Notes under the pieces: model-generated | The model's input: only the letters and a program-made list of their open reading frames with translations | What the model was told of the DNA's origin: nothing | Database searches by the model: none | Part shown: positions 1 through 8,727 of the stretch, one piece after another | How positions within the stretch are numbered: position 1 is the first letter of the stretch | How the letters are laid out: every line of letters starts with the position of its first letter | From: a bacterium | GTDB taxonomy: Bacteria; UBA8248 | Direction: 5' to 3' | Length of the DNA stretch: 64,000 nucleotides | Assembly (NCBI GenBank): GCA_965261085.1 | Contig: OZ253442.1 | Location: forward strand, 1,600,001-1,664,000 | Translations under genes and position numbers: made by a program

Positions 1-991
1 TTCTGCCGGGTTCGCCGGTGAGGCAGAGGCCGACCCTGACGAGTTCATCGATGGAAAGACGATAAAGATTCGTGCCCGACGCCCATGTCTTGGCGAACAA
101 ATCGGCAATTTCTTCTTTTTCGGGTGGATTCGCGCCGGGCGCATTGAACAGCAACTCGCGTAAGGAGGCCTTTCGCGCTTTAAACACCGCGCTTCTCACG
201 TCCGCAAGCGTCACGTTTCTTTCCTTCACCTCTATTGCGAGTCTCAATTCTCCGTCGCCGCCGATGCACTCGATATCTCCGGCCATACCCGTCGCTTGAT
301 CGGCAGCGTTTATCGCGTGGCGCTTCACCTCCCTGTAAATTCCAAAATACCTGCCGAACGTCTCGAACAAGGCCGCCGCAACGGAAAGCCCCCGGTCGCC
401 TCCGCTGCTTTCGGACAAAAATTCACCGATGAGCTTTTCCGTCTGCTCGATGCTCACTCTCTCCGGCACGATGTATTCGAAAACGAGTTCGGCGAATTTC
501 CCGTGAATGCTCCGTAACGTCTGCGACATGCGCAGGCGCGCGTATTCTTGCGAACCTCGCCGTTCGACCTCATCCAGAACCCGATACAGTAAAACCCACT
601 CTTCTTTTCCTTTGACGTTTTGGGGATTTTCTTCAAGGCGCGCCTTGCGGAGGGGCTTGCTTACATACGGGTCAGGGCTCGTACCCAAGACGGACTGGTT
701 TTCCGCTGACCATGGAACGATTACTTTGTTTGAAAAACTTCTGGGGTCCCACTGCGAATCGGAATCGCCACTGCCCTTTTGCAGGCAAAGGCAATCCAGC
801 TTGGGGTCGGTGAGTTTTCCGAGCAACTGGGTCGGCAAACAATATCGAATCGAAACAAAGCGGCTGCCGACGAGTTTGGCGATATCCTGGTTTATTTCCC
901 CACTTTCTTCTTGAGTTACTATTTCCCAAAGTTCATCCAGCAACTCACGCGCCGATTCAACATCCGGGGAGATTTTCTTCTCCGCCACCAT
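1..991 (-). CDS. Type II restriction endonuclease, SacI-like family (3' end runs off the window)
   Basis: Absent from the ORF track. My translation from ATG 991 (GGAG upstream) stays open to the window edge: MVAEKKISPDVESARELL...RYCLPTQLLGK...WDPRSFSNKVIVPW...DPYVSKPLR...SGGDRGLSVAAALF...INAADQATGMAGDIEC...AIEVKER, which includes a PD-(D/E)xK-type motif. Overlaps the MTase stop codon. Confidence 0.75.
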   Translation of the reverse strand, partial: MVAEKKISPDVESARELLDELWEIVTQEESGEINQDIAKLVGSRFVSIRYCLPTQLLGKLTDPKLDCLCLQKGSGDSDSQWDPRSFSNKVIVPWSAENQSVLGTSPDPYVSKPLRKARLEENPQNVKGKEEWVLLYRVLDEVERRGSQEYARLRMSQTLRSIHGKFAELVFEYIVPERVSIEQTEKLIGEFLSESSGGDRGLSVAAALFETFGRYFGIYREVKRHAINAADQATGMAGDIECIGGDGELRLAIEVKERNVTLADVRSAVFKARKASLRELLFNAPGANPPEKEEIADLFAKTWASGTNLYRLSIDELVRVGLCLTGEPGR

Positions 992-1931
992 TATCTCCCG
1001 GATGAAAGTTCAACCACAAAGATTCCTGTCTTTGCCCCTTCGATGAATTACACGTCTTGGTCGGCGCATCGATTCTCACCCAATCGGCGAACAGCCTGTC
1101 GTAGAGAGCTGTCCTGTACCCCGATACGACGGCCCTGCCGCGAATGGAATGCAGCATATCGGCGAGCTCCGCGTGTTCCTCGTCCGTCATCTCGTATCCA
1201 TAGGCATTGGAATCGTTGCGGCTTTCGTGCACATACGGGGGGTCCATGTAAAACAACGTATCTTCCGTGTCGTAGCGTTCGATGAGTTCCAACGCGGGGA
1301 CATTTTCAATCTGCACCCGCAGAAGTCGCTGGACTATCTCAGGCAGCCCGTCGATGGCGCCTAGCCAGCGCGAAACCGCTCCGGCCATACCCGCCCGGGA
1401 GGTGAGCACGCAATGGGCCCAGCGACCCTCGCTGCTCGTTTGGGCCAAGCCGGTGCGCGTTTGTCTGGCTCTTACATAAAACCTTCTCGCCCTTTCCAGA
1501 CTGGGCAAGTCGGGTTCGAAACGACACGCCTTGACGAGTTCTTCCCGTGAAAACGGCGTGAGGCTGATCGCCTTGATCAGTTCCTCCCCGTGGTTCCTCA
1601 ATGTTTCGAAGAAATTGACCAGTTCCGAATCGAGGTCGTTGTATGTTTCCACCAAACTGGGTTTTCGGTTGATCAAAATCGCCGCCGATCCGCCGTATAC
1701 ATCACAAAAATGCACGGCGTCGTCCGGCAAATGCGGCAAAATGAAATCGAGGTGCGAGAATTTTCCGCCATACCAGCCAAAGGCGATCATCTTCTTCCGC
1801 CTTCGGCTCGCGTTCTTCACTATCCGCCTGCGGTTAATCGACCTTTGCATTTCATGTCCTTTTGACCCATTTGCTTCTGTGGGTACACTAGTAGCCTCAA
1901 CAGACGTCATTTCGCTCTGTTTCGCTCTCAA
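957..1931 (-). CDS. DNA adenine methyltransferase, Dam/D12 (alpha) class; true start probably downstream of 1931
   Basis: WYGGK, DVYGGSAA (SAM motif), YNDLD, FYMDPPY catalytic motif; directly upstream of the REase. Confidence 0.92.
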   Translation of the reverse strand: MRAKQSEMTSVEATSVPTEANGSKGHEMQRSINRRRIVKNASRRRKKMIAFGWYGGKFSHLDFILPHLPDDAVHFCDVYGGSAAILINRKPSLVETYNDLDSELVNFFETLRNHGEELIKAISLTPFSREELVKACRFEPDLPSLERARRFYVRARQTRTGLAQTSSEGRWAHCVLTSRAGMAGAVSRWLGAIDGLPEIVQRLLRVQIENVPALELIERYDTEDTLFYMDPPYVHESRNDSNAYGYEMTDEEHAELADMLHSIRGRAVVSGYRTALYDRLFADWVRIDAPTKTCNSSKGQRQESLWLNFHPGDNGGGEENLPGC

Positions 1932-2036
1932 TCGGGGTCTCGTTCGGGCGTGGAATGATCCTGTTCACCCATACTAATGGGGATTTGGTTTTTCGTCAAG
2001 CATTTTCGTTAAATTATCGTCTTGTCCCCTAGCTCC

Positions 2037-2558
2037 CTAAAAAGGCAGCCAGCCGAATCCTGTAATGAATCCCCGGAGATAGCAAATTTGTCCGCCGTGC
2101 TGGATGTTGTCGGCGGCCACCCTGCCCAGATAGTCCCCGATTTTGATGGTCTGGCCCATCGTGGCGGAGATTTCCTTGTCCAGATCCTCGGGCGAGAGGT
2201 TCTCCAGCACCGAAGACGCACGCGCCCGAACGGCGTCGGCGTAGCCAAGCAGGTTTTCTTTCTTGCACTCGAGGCTTATCACTTGTTCGAGTGAATCCCC
2301 AAAGCCCATTTGCCCCGGGTTCGGTTCCATGCCGAATTTCTCGTGCCACTTATCTGAAATCCAGAACTGCTCCTGGCCTGAGGCGTCCGCAAAGGCGATG
2401 TCCTCGACCCTCGTCTTGTGCCAGATCAGCCAGCCGATGGTGTTGTCCTGATCGCTCGGCCGCTTGATGAGGTCCGCATCCTCCAGCCCCTCCAGGGCCC
2501 GCCTGACGAGGCTGTCGCTCATCTCCAGCATGCCGGAAAGTATTTTTGCGCCGTTCAT
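2037..2558 (-). CDS. DinB family protein
   Basis: WLIWHKTRVED and NIQHGGQICYLR His motifs; GGGGAG RBS before ATG 2558. Confidence 0.8.
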   Translation of the reverse strand: MNGAKILSGMLEMSDSLVRRALEGLEDADLIKRPSDQDNTIGWLIWHKTRVEDIAFADASGQEQFWISDKWHEKFGMEPNPGQMGFGDSLEQVISLECKKENLLGYADAVRARASSVLENLSPEDLDKEISATMGQTIKIGDYLGRVAADNIQHGGQICYLRGFITGFGWLPF

Positions 2559-2753
2559 GAAAAACTCCCCTTTTCGAGTAGTGCGCCTGATGAATTTCAT
2601 AACAAACCGTATGCGCAGGCATATTCCTCTTGCGCTCCGCCGTCAAGGTTGCATGGGAGTGGATTTGCGCTCGTCCGCCTTGTCGGGGAGCAGGATATGG
2701 GCCATGCTTGCGGGTGTTCGCCTTGCCGCCCGAGGACCGAGACGGGTGAGTTC

Positions 2754-3470
2754 ATGAAATCGTTTTTGTACCGGCCCCTGGCCTGGATGATCGCCATATT
2801 CATGCTGCCCGCCTGTTGGGCGGCGGCGTTTTCGTTCGGAATAAACCTCCCGGCTGCTTTTCTCACAGGCGGCGCGGGCTCGTTTATGCCTGCGCCGGAG
2901 GGCTGGGCCTTCATCGCGGGCGTTATCGCATACGCCCTCTGGCATCGCTTGCGTCCCCCTGAGTTTCTCTACGCCTTCGTCCATGAGTTCACGCATATGG
3001 CCTTCGCCCTGCTCACTGGCAAGAAGGTGAGTTCCTTTGAAGTCAACCGGGGGAGCGGGAAGGTGGGCTTGAGCGGAACGAACCCCGTCATCACCCTGGC
3101 GCCTTATTTCTTCCCGCTTCTGACGATCGTGGTCCTGCTTCTGGGCGCGACGCTCGACTGGATTTTTGGTTACCCGCAGATTCGCTGGGCGACGGCGTTT
3201 CTCGCCGGCCTCACGCTCTGCCTGCACGTCCTCATGACGTTCCGGGCCCTGGGCGCGTCGCAGCCCGACATTGCGCGCGGCGGGCGGGTTTTCTCCTGGG
3301 CCTTCATCTTTTTCTTCGGATTTGTCTTTATCGGAGGCGCCGCGCTCGTCTCGACGGGGGGTTGGGGGGTGGCGGCTTCATACGGCGCGTCGATTTGGCG
3401 TGAAAGCTGGAATGCGTATGCGCTGCTCTTTGGCTGGATGGAGAGAATCGCATGGGGTGTCGGCTCTTGA
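2754..3470 (+). CDS. M50B-like membrane zinc metalloprotease
   Basis: Several TM segments, FVHEFTH (HExxH), ITLAPYFFP; start chosen at ATG 2754 within the longer ORF 2418-3470. Confidence 0.7.
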   Translation: MKSFLYRPLAWMIAIFMLPACWAAAFSFGINLPAAFLTGGAGSFMPAPEGWAFIAGVIAYALWHRLRPPEFLYAFVHEFTHMAFALLTGKKVSSFEVNRGSGKVGLSGTNPVITLAPYFFPLLTIVVLLLGATLDWIFGYPQIRWATAFLAGLTLCLHVLMTFRALGASQPDIARGGRVFSWAFIFFFGFVFIGGAALVSTGGWGVAASYGASIWRESWNAYALLFGWMERIAWGVGS

Positions 3471-4084
3471 AACGCAAGGTTTTCGCACCGAGGTTTCGAT
3501 ATTGCTTGATGGTGATATCACTCCTCGTGGTTTCATCCTGCGCCTATGAGGTATCGACGATACAGGGCGTCGCCAGGCCGGGGAAAATACGAACGCTCGA
3601 GCGCATCGCCGTCGCCCCTTTTCACTATCCGAGTGACTGGACGGGACTTTTCCGGGACGTCTACGCGCAGGCGGGGCTCAAGGCGCCCGAGGGGAAGAAA
3701 ATCGAGTTGATCCAGGGCGCCTTTCTGGTTCGAGACGCCCTCAGCGCCAAGGGGTATATAGTTCTTCGCTGGCCGAAGGAACTCGAAAAAACAAAAGCGG
3801 ACGATTTGCTGAACGCGGAAGGCGAAATCGCGGGCGCCCATTTGGAGAGGTTGAGAGATTCGGGCGCGCAGGCGGTGGTGTTGGCCCGTGGCGGCCGCAC
3901 CTGCGCAGACGTCGAAGTGTGTACGGCGAGGGTCGAAATACGCCTGCTGGACTTAGGCTCCCAAGAGGAGTTGTGGGAATCAGAAGCCGGCGCAACGACG
4001 GCGCTATCCCAGGGAGATGAGATGAAAGCCGCCGTTTCCGAGGCGCTCGACGAATTTCCCAGGCAATCGTCCGATTCGGGTTGA
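3452..4084 (+). CDS. Putative lipoprotein (start possibly 3509)
   Basis: Hydrophobic leader ending LLVVSSC; IAVAPF and C-terminal LLDL..ELW pattern reminiscent of CsgG/LpoB-like folds. Confidence 0.55.
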   Translation: MGCRLLKRKVFAPRFRYCLMVISLLVVSSCAYEVSTIQGVARPGKIRTLERIAVAPFHYPSDWTGLFRDVYAQAGLKAPEGKKIELIQGAFLVRDALSAKGYIVLRWPKELEKTKADDLLNAEGEIAGAHLERLRDSGAQAVVLARGGRTCADVEVCTARVEIRLLDLGSQEELWESEAGATTALSQGDEMKAAVSEALDEFPRQSSDSG

Positions 4085-4129
4085 ACCAGGAAAATTCCGT
4101 CCATATAGCCAATCCCACCCATGACGATT

Positions 4130-4164
4130 TGTCGTTTTGCCGGGCATAGTGTGACAAAATGACA
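4130..4164. promoter_or_regulatory. Candidate enhancer (UAS) for a sigma54 activator
   Basis: Inverted pair TGTCGTTTTG ... CAAAATGACA (1 mismatch), about 65-100 bp upstream of a -24/-12 promoter, with an AT-rich IHF-like tract between. Confidence 0.45.
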
Positions 4165-4227
4165 ATTTTACCAATCGTATTAATTCTTATCTCATTGATA
4201 AATAATGAGTTTTTTGTTTTTGATAAA

Positions 4228-4244
4228 TGGCACGGCACTTGCAT
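4228..4244 (+). promoter_or_regulatory. Sigma54 (RpoN) -24/-12 promoter
   Basis: TGGCAC-GGCAC-TTGCAT matches the TGGCAC-N5-TTGCW consensus exactly. Confidence 0.8.
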
Positions 4245-4253
4245 ATTATATGA

Positions 4254-4408
4254 GCAGTGCTAGTCGCGGCGTTCTTAGGCGGCACGCCTCGGTTAGCCGG
4301 CGCGGGGAGTAGCTGATTGGGTCGGCGCTCCTCCGCCACGCAATTATCCATCTCGCGTCTTTTACCCCTCGCGAGAGCCTCCTCCCCGCAAGGGGAGGAG
4401 GTTTTTTT
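4254..4408 (+). ncRNA. Putative sigma54-dependent small RNA (~155 nt, three stem-loops)
   Basis: Lies between the sigma54 promoter and an intrinsic terminator; no ORF starts after the predicted +1; stems at ~4278-4337, 4351-4376 and 4377-4402. Confidence 0.6.
4377..4408 (+). terminator. Rho-independent terminator
   Basis: GCCTCCTCCCC-GCAA-GGGGAGGAGGT hairpin followed by a T-run. Confidence 0.85.
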
Positions 4409-4555
4409 ATTCGTCCGTTTTTCTCGGGTGTAATTTCCCCCTGCATGGTTTTCAAGCGGGCGATATTGGTTTATGGTGCTTTTCGTATGCAATCATGCGG
4501 TGTCTAGTCTGCAGGATGCCGAGAATTCACCCATTCAGGAAATGAGGAGTCGAAA

Positions 4556-5554
4556 ATGGCTACGGGTAAAGTGCGTCTCGCCTCTGTCGGGCTTGGCTGG
4601 TGGGGCGGTGTTCTGGTGGACGCCGTGAACCGCGGTGGTTCCGGCGAAGTGGTTTCGGGTTTCGCGCGCAGCGAGGATGCCCGAAAAGCGTTTTCGGAGA
4701 AATTCGGCTGCCGGACGGCGGACAGCCTGGACGATCTCTGGAACGACCCGGAGGTGGAGGGCGTCATCGTCGCGACGCCTCATTCGACGCATCTGGATAT
4801 AATTTCCGCGGCCGCGTCGGCGGGTAAGCATGTTTTTGTCGAAAAACCACTCACCCTGACCGTCGATGAAGCCAAAAAGGCGATCGAGGCGACTTCGAGC
4901 GCGAATGTCACCCTGCAGATAGGACATCACCGCCGCCGCCTCGGCGCGAACCGCAAGATCAGGGAGATGATAGACAGCGGCGAGTTGGGCGTGTTGCATC
5001 AACTGGAAGCCAACCTCTCGCTCCCCATGGGGTTCGAACCCAAGCAGGGCTGGCGCAACGACCCGGCGGAATGCCCCGCGGGCTCGATGACGGGCTTGGG
5101 CGTCCACATGATCGACAACCTCCAGTATCTGGCCGGCCCCGCGAAAAAGGTGGCCGCGTTCAGCAAGAAGGTGCTGGGCAAAACGAACCTGGACGACACG
5201 ACGAGCATCATCATCGAATATGAAAACGGCCCGCTGGGCTATATCGGGTCCACCTTCGTTATTCCCAAAATCTGCGACACTGCGGCTTTCGGGACGAAGA
5301 TGAGAGCCTATAGCGAAGAGGAAGGCGGAAAACTCTACGTGGCGAAAGTCGGCGAGGAGGCCCGGACGGAGGTTGACGTCGTGGGTGGAGACGCCCTGGC
5401 GGATGAGATGAATGAATTCTGCAGGTGCACCCGGGGCGAGGCGACTCCCGAAACGGGCGGGCCCGAGGGGCTCGAAGTCGTCGCCGTCCTCGAGGCGGTC
5501 GTGCAGAGCGCGACCACGGGTCAGGTGGTGGATGTCGCATCCCTTCGCGGATAG
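4556..5554 (+). CDS. Gfo/Idh/MocA family oxidoreductase
   Basis: VGLGWWG Rossmann motif, ATPHSTH, HVFVEKP, GHHRR, GVHMID. Confidence 0.92.
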   Translation: MATGKVRLASVGLGWWGGVLVDAVNRGGSGEVVSGFARSEDARKAFSEKFGCRTADSLDDLWNDPEVEGVIVATPHSTHLDIISAAASAGKHVFVEKPLTLTVDEAKKAIEATSSANVTLQIGHHRRRLGANRKIREMIDSGELGVLHQLEANLSLPMGFEPKQGWRNDPAECPAGSMTGLGVHMIDNLQYLAGPAKKVAAFSKKVLGKTNLDDTTSIIIEYENGPLGYIGSTFVIPKICDTAAFGTKMRAYSEEEGGKLYVAKVGEEARTEVDVVGGDALADEMNEFCRCTRGEATPETGGPEGLEVVAVLEAVVQSATTGQVVDVASLRG

Positions 5555-5581
5555 CTTGCGAGTCTTATTCTGGAGGAAAAG

Positions 5582-7828
5582 ATGGTTCAGATGACGCATG
5601 TCGGCACGTCGCCGACGAAAGACGACGCTTTGGCGAAAGCAGTCGGCGATACCGTTTACGGCGATGATTTCCATTTGCCGGGCGAGATATACGGGCGAGT
5701 CGTACGCGCCTCGATGACGCCGGCGAAGATCAAGGAGATAGACGCGAGCGCGGCGCTCGCCCTGCCGGGCGTGCACTGTGTTTTGACCGCAAAGGACATT
5801 CCCGGGAAAAACGAGGGCCGCTATCCCGATTTCCCGGTGCTGGCCGAAGATGTTGTGGCGGACATCGGCGACGCCGTGGCCCTGGTGGCCGCCGACACCC
5901 GTGATCTGGCCGAAGAAGCGGCCTCGCTCGTGCGCGTCGCCTACGAGCCGTTGCCCGGGGCGTACGACTTCGCCGGCCTCGAGGAGGGCGAGGTGGTCTG
6001 CGACTGGAAGACCGACAAGGGAGACGTGGAGGCCGGCTTTGCGGCGGCGTACGTGGTCGTTGAGAACACCTATTTCTCCGCCTGTCTGGATCACGCCTTC
6101 ATCGAGCCCGAAGGCGGCGTGGCCTGGGTGGACGAGCGCGGGGTGGTGAACATCCGCGTGCCCACCCAGATGATCGAGAACTACCAGAACGTGGCGAGGA
6201 CGCTTGATTTGCCGCTCAGCCGTGTCCGCTACGAGTGCCCGATGCTGGGCGGCGCCTTCGGCGGCAAGGAGCACCCGCTGCTGGGCGCCTTCATGGCGCT
6301 TCTGGCGATCAGGACGGGGCGGCCCGTGCGCATGGCCTACTCGCGCGAGGAGACCATGAACACCGGCAGCAAGAAGCACCCCTTCCTCATGAAGTACAAA
6401 ACCGGCGTAACGAAGGACGGAAAGCTCACCGCGATAGAAGTCGACATCATCGGCGATGCGGGCGGGTATGCAGCCAACAGCAAGGGCCTGCTCCTGGGGG
6501 CGCTCGTGGTGAGCGGAGGCCCCTATGATATCCCCAACGCCCGGGGCCGCGCGCGCGCCGTCAAGACGAACAACCCCTTCACCGAGGCGATGCGCGGCGT
6601 GGGCGCGAACCAGGTGTGCTTCGCCTATGAGGCGCAGATGGATGAACTCGCGGCGCGCCTGGGGATGAACCCCCTGGAGTTTCGCGAGATGAACTTCATC
6701 ACCAAGGGCGAAACCCTCATGCAGAACCAGCCCGTGCCCTCCCGGGTGATGCTGCCCGAACTGGCGGCGGAGACCAAGAGGCTCATCGGCCGCCCGGCGG
6801 GCCGCGTCCCAGAGAAGGACCACGGCCCCTGGCGCGTGGGCGTCGGGGTCGTCGCGAACATGGGCGGATACGGCAGGCCCAGGAACGAGGGCGAGGTCTA
6901 TGTGTCCATCGACGAGGACGGCAGCGTGAGCGTGCGCACCGGCGCCTCGGACGTGGGCGCGGGCCAGACCCAGACGAATCGCCAGATTGCCGCCGAAGCC
7001 TTAGGGATCGCACTGGATGACGTGACGGTGACGATGTCGGATTCCCACGTCACCCCGCTCGTTGGGGTTACGGCCGGCAGCCGCCAGACGATGATTTCGG
7101 GCGGTTCGTGCTACCGCGCGTCAAGCGAACTGAGGGATAGAATCCTGAAAGGCGCCGCCGAGTTGCTCGAAGCGGATCCTGAGGATCTGGATATTCAAGG
7201 CGGAAGAGTTTTCGTCAAGGCCGCAGAGGAGCGCGGGGTCGCCTTTGCGGAAGCCGCGGCCCAGTGCAAGAAGATGGGGGTCGACCTCCACACCGTGGGC
7301 AAGACGAAAATCGGCGTCCACGAGTTCGAGGGCCACGAGCAATACGGCGACGCGGGCGGCTGGATGGATTACGTGTTCGGGGTTCACGCGGCGGAAGTCG
7401 AGGTGAACGTCGATACGGGCGAGCTTCGCGTGCTCAACTACTGGTCGGGCCACGACGTCGGCCAGTCCATCAACGTGCAGCACGTGGAAGGACAGTTCGA
7501 GGGCGGCGCGATGATGGGCGTCGGCCACGCACTGGCCGAAGAAGTTCTGACGCAAAAGGGCGCGCTCCTGAACAACGAGTTCCACGGCTACCTCATCCCC
7601 ACCTCGGTGGATACGCCCGAGTGGGACAACGTCATCCTCGAATCCGGCGAAGGCCTCGGTCCCTACGGGGCGAAGGGAATCGGCGAGCCCCCCTGCACGG
7701 CGGGAGCCGCGGCGGTGGCCTGCGCGGCGGGCCAGGCGATAGGCGCGCGCATCACGCGCATCCCCATCACGCCGGATCACGTCATGGAGGTCCTTGGCCG
7801 CCTGCGCACCAACGGAGATCAGGCCTAG
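5582..7828 (+). CDS. Xanthine dehydrogenase family molybdopterin-binding subunit
   Basis: HAFIEP, LGGAFGGK, AMRGVG, DVGAG, GSRQT, AKGIGE motifs. Confidence 0.93.
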   Translation: MVQMTHVGTSPTKDDALAKAVGDTVYGDDFHLPGEIYGRVVRASMTPAKIKEIDASAALALPGVHCVLTAKDIPGKNEGRYPDFPVLAEDVVADIGDAVALVAADTRDLAEEAASLVRVAYEPLPGAYDFAGLEEGEVVCDWKTDKGDVEAGFAAAYVVVENTYFSACLDHAFIEPEGGVAWVDERGVVNIRVPTQMIENYQNVARTLDLPLSRVRYECPMLGGAFGGKEHPLLGAFMALLAIRTGRPVRMAYSREETMNTGSKKHPFLMKYKTGVTKDGKLTAIEVDIIGDAGGYAANSKGLLLGALVVSGGPYDIPNARGRARAVKTNNPFTEAMRGVGANQVCFAYEAQMDELAARLGMNPLEFREMNFITKGETLMQNQPVPSRVMLPELAAETKRLIGRPAGRVPEKDHGPWRVGVGVVANMGGYGRPRNEGEVYVSIDEDGSVSVRTGASDVGAGQTQTNRQIAAEALGIALDDVTVTMSDSHVTPLVGVTAGSRQTMISGGSCYRASSELRDRILKGAAELLEADPEDLDIQGGRVFVKAAEERGVAFAEAAAQCKKMGVDLHTVGKTKIGVHEFEGHEQYGDAGGWMDYVFGVHAAEVEVNVDTGELRVLNYWSGHDVGQSINVQHVEGQFEGGAMMGVGHALAEEVLTQKGALLNNEFHGYLIPTSVDTPEWDNVILESGEGLGPYGAKGIGEPPCTAGAAAVACAAGQAIGARITRIPITPDHVMEVLGRLRTNGDQA

Positions 7829-7862
7829 ACGAACATACCGAGCACAAGATTCTACTCGCATG

Positions 7863-7893
7863 AAGCGCCCCGCACGCGCTGCGGGGCGTTTTT
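7863..7893 (+). terminator. Rho-independent terminator
   Basis: CGCCCCGCA-CGCGC-TGCGGGGCG hairpin followed by TTTTT, just after the XDH gene. Confidence 0.7.
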
Positions 7894-7988
7894 GCGTCTC
7901 AAGGCGTGTTGGTGCGGATGCCAGCGTGAGATCGTTTGTATATCTAGGACTCGGGCGCCTGCGCCATCGCCCGGTTTCCGTTTTTAGC

Positions 7989-8514
7989 CGTCATTCCGGC
8001 GAATGCCGGAATCCAGGGAATTTGCTTTTCGCCGCTATTCCCGCTCGATTAGAAAAGTAATGAAATTCCGGAATGTCTCCACCCTCATCGGTTCTGGATT
8101 CCGGCATTCGCCGGAATGACGAACGAAGGCTACAGGGGAGCCTCTGTGAAACGGATAAGTTGCAGAATCACTCCCTGGAGAACTGTTGTCGACCGACGAG
8201 AGTAGAGAATCACTCCCTTGAGGGTCAATCCTGACCGATGAGGGGCTGTTGAAAAAGTCCCGAATTCGTGATTCGGTGTATGTAGCCGACCGGGGAGGGA
8301 GGAGTGTATGGTTGGCGTTCTGCAAGGGGGGTCCGTAGGGACAGGTCACTACGAGGCGGTGCGGTTTTGTTCGTCATTCCGGCGCATGCCGGAATCCATG
8401 TGTTTTGCCTTTGTTTTTTATTTTCTGATTGGTTCCCGCCAATGACGGGGAGATGAAAAGCCGGAGTATTGTCATTCCGCTTGGGAATGGATTCCGGCTT
8501 TCGCCGGAATGACG
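7989..8514. repeat. Four ~28-bp REP-like palindromes (CGTCATTCCGGCGNATGCCGGAATCCA) in two inverted pairs
   Basis: Copies at 7989-8016(+), 8094-8121(-), 8372-8399(+), 8487-8514(-). Confidence 0.85.
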
Positions 8515-8558
8515 GCGGTGGTCAATTCCGAGCGAGGAGGGGCTTTTTCAACAACCCC
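8242..8558. mobile_element. MITE (317 bp) with IS1182-type ends
   Basis: Ends GGGGCTGTTGAAAAA and TTTTTCAACAACCCC match the IS1182 IRs in this window; 5-bp direct repeat GATGA at 8237-8241 and 8559-8563; no transposase. Confidence 0.75.
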
Positions 8559-8727
8559 GATGAGGGAGGGATTGCGGGCGATGGGGGGGGTATTTGTAGG
8601 AGAGCGACTGCAGTTGCCGGAAGATGGGGAAGGGGGTATTTTCTCTGGCGGCCTTTCCATTAAAAGAAACAATCTCGAAATTTTGACTGGCCTTGCCCGT
8701 AGGCGGACTCAAGGGAGATTGCCCTAG

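Noticed and set aside
4250-4312. 20-aa peptide MSSASRGVLRRHASVSRRGE in the sRNA region
   Set aside because: Its ATG lies upstream of the predicted sigma54 +1 and has no RBS
4535-6823. 762-aa minus-strand ORF, and similar long antisense ORFs such as 21780-24071 and 51151-52455
   Set aside because: These are shadow ORFs opposite well-supported genes in high-GC DNA and have no recognisable motifs
7989-8514. CRISPR array from 28-bp palindromic repeats
   Set aside because: The copies alternate in orientation with irregular spacing, which is REP-like
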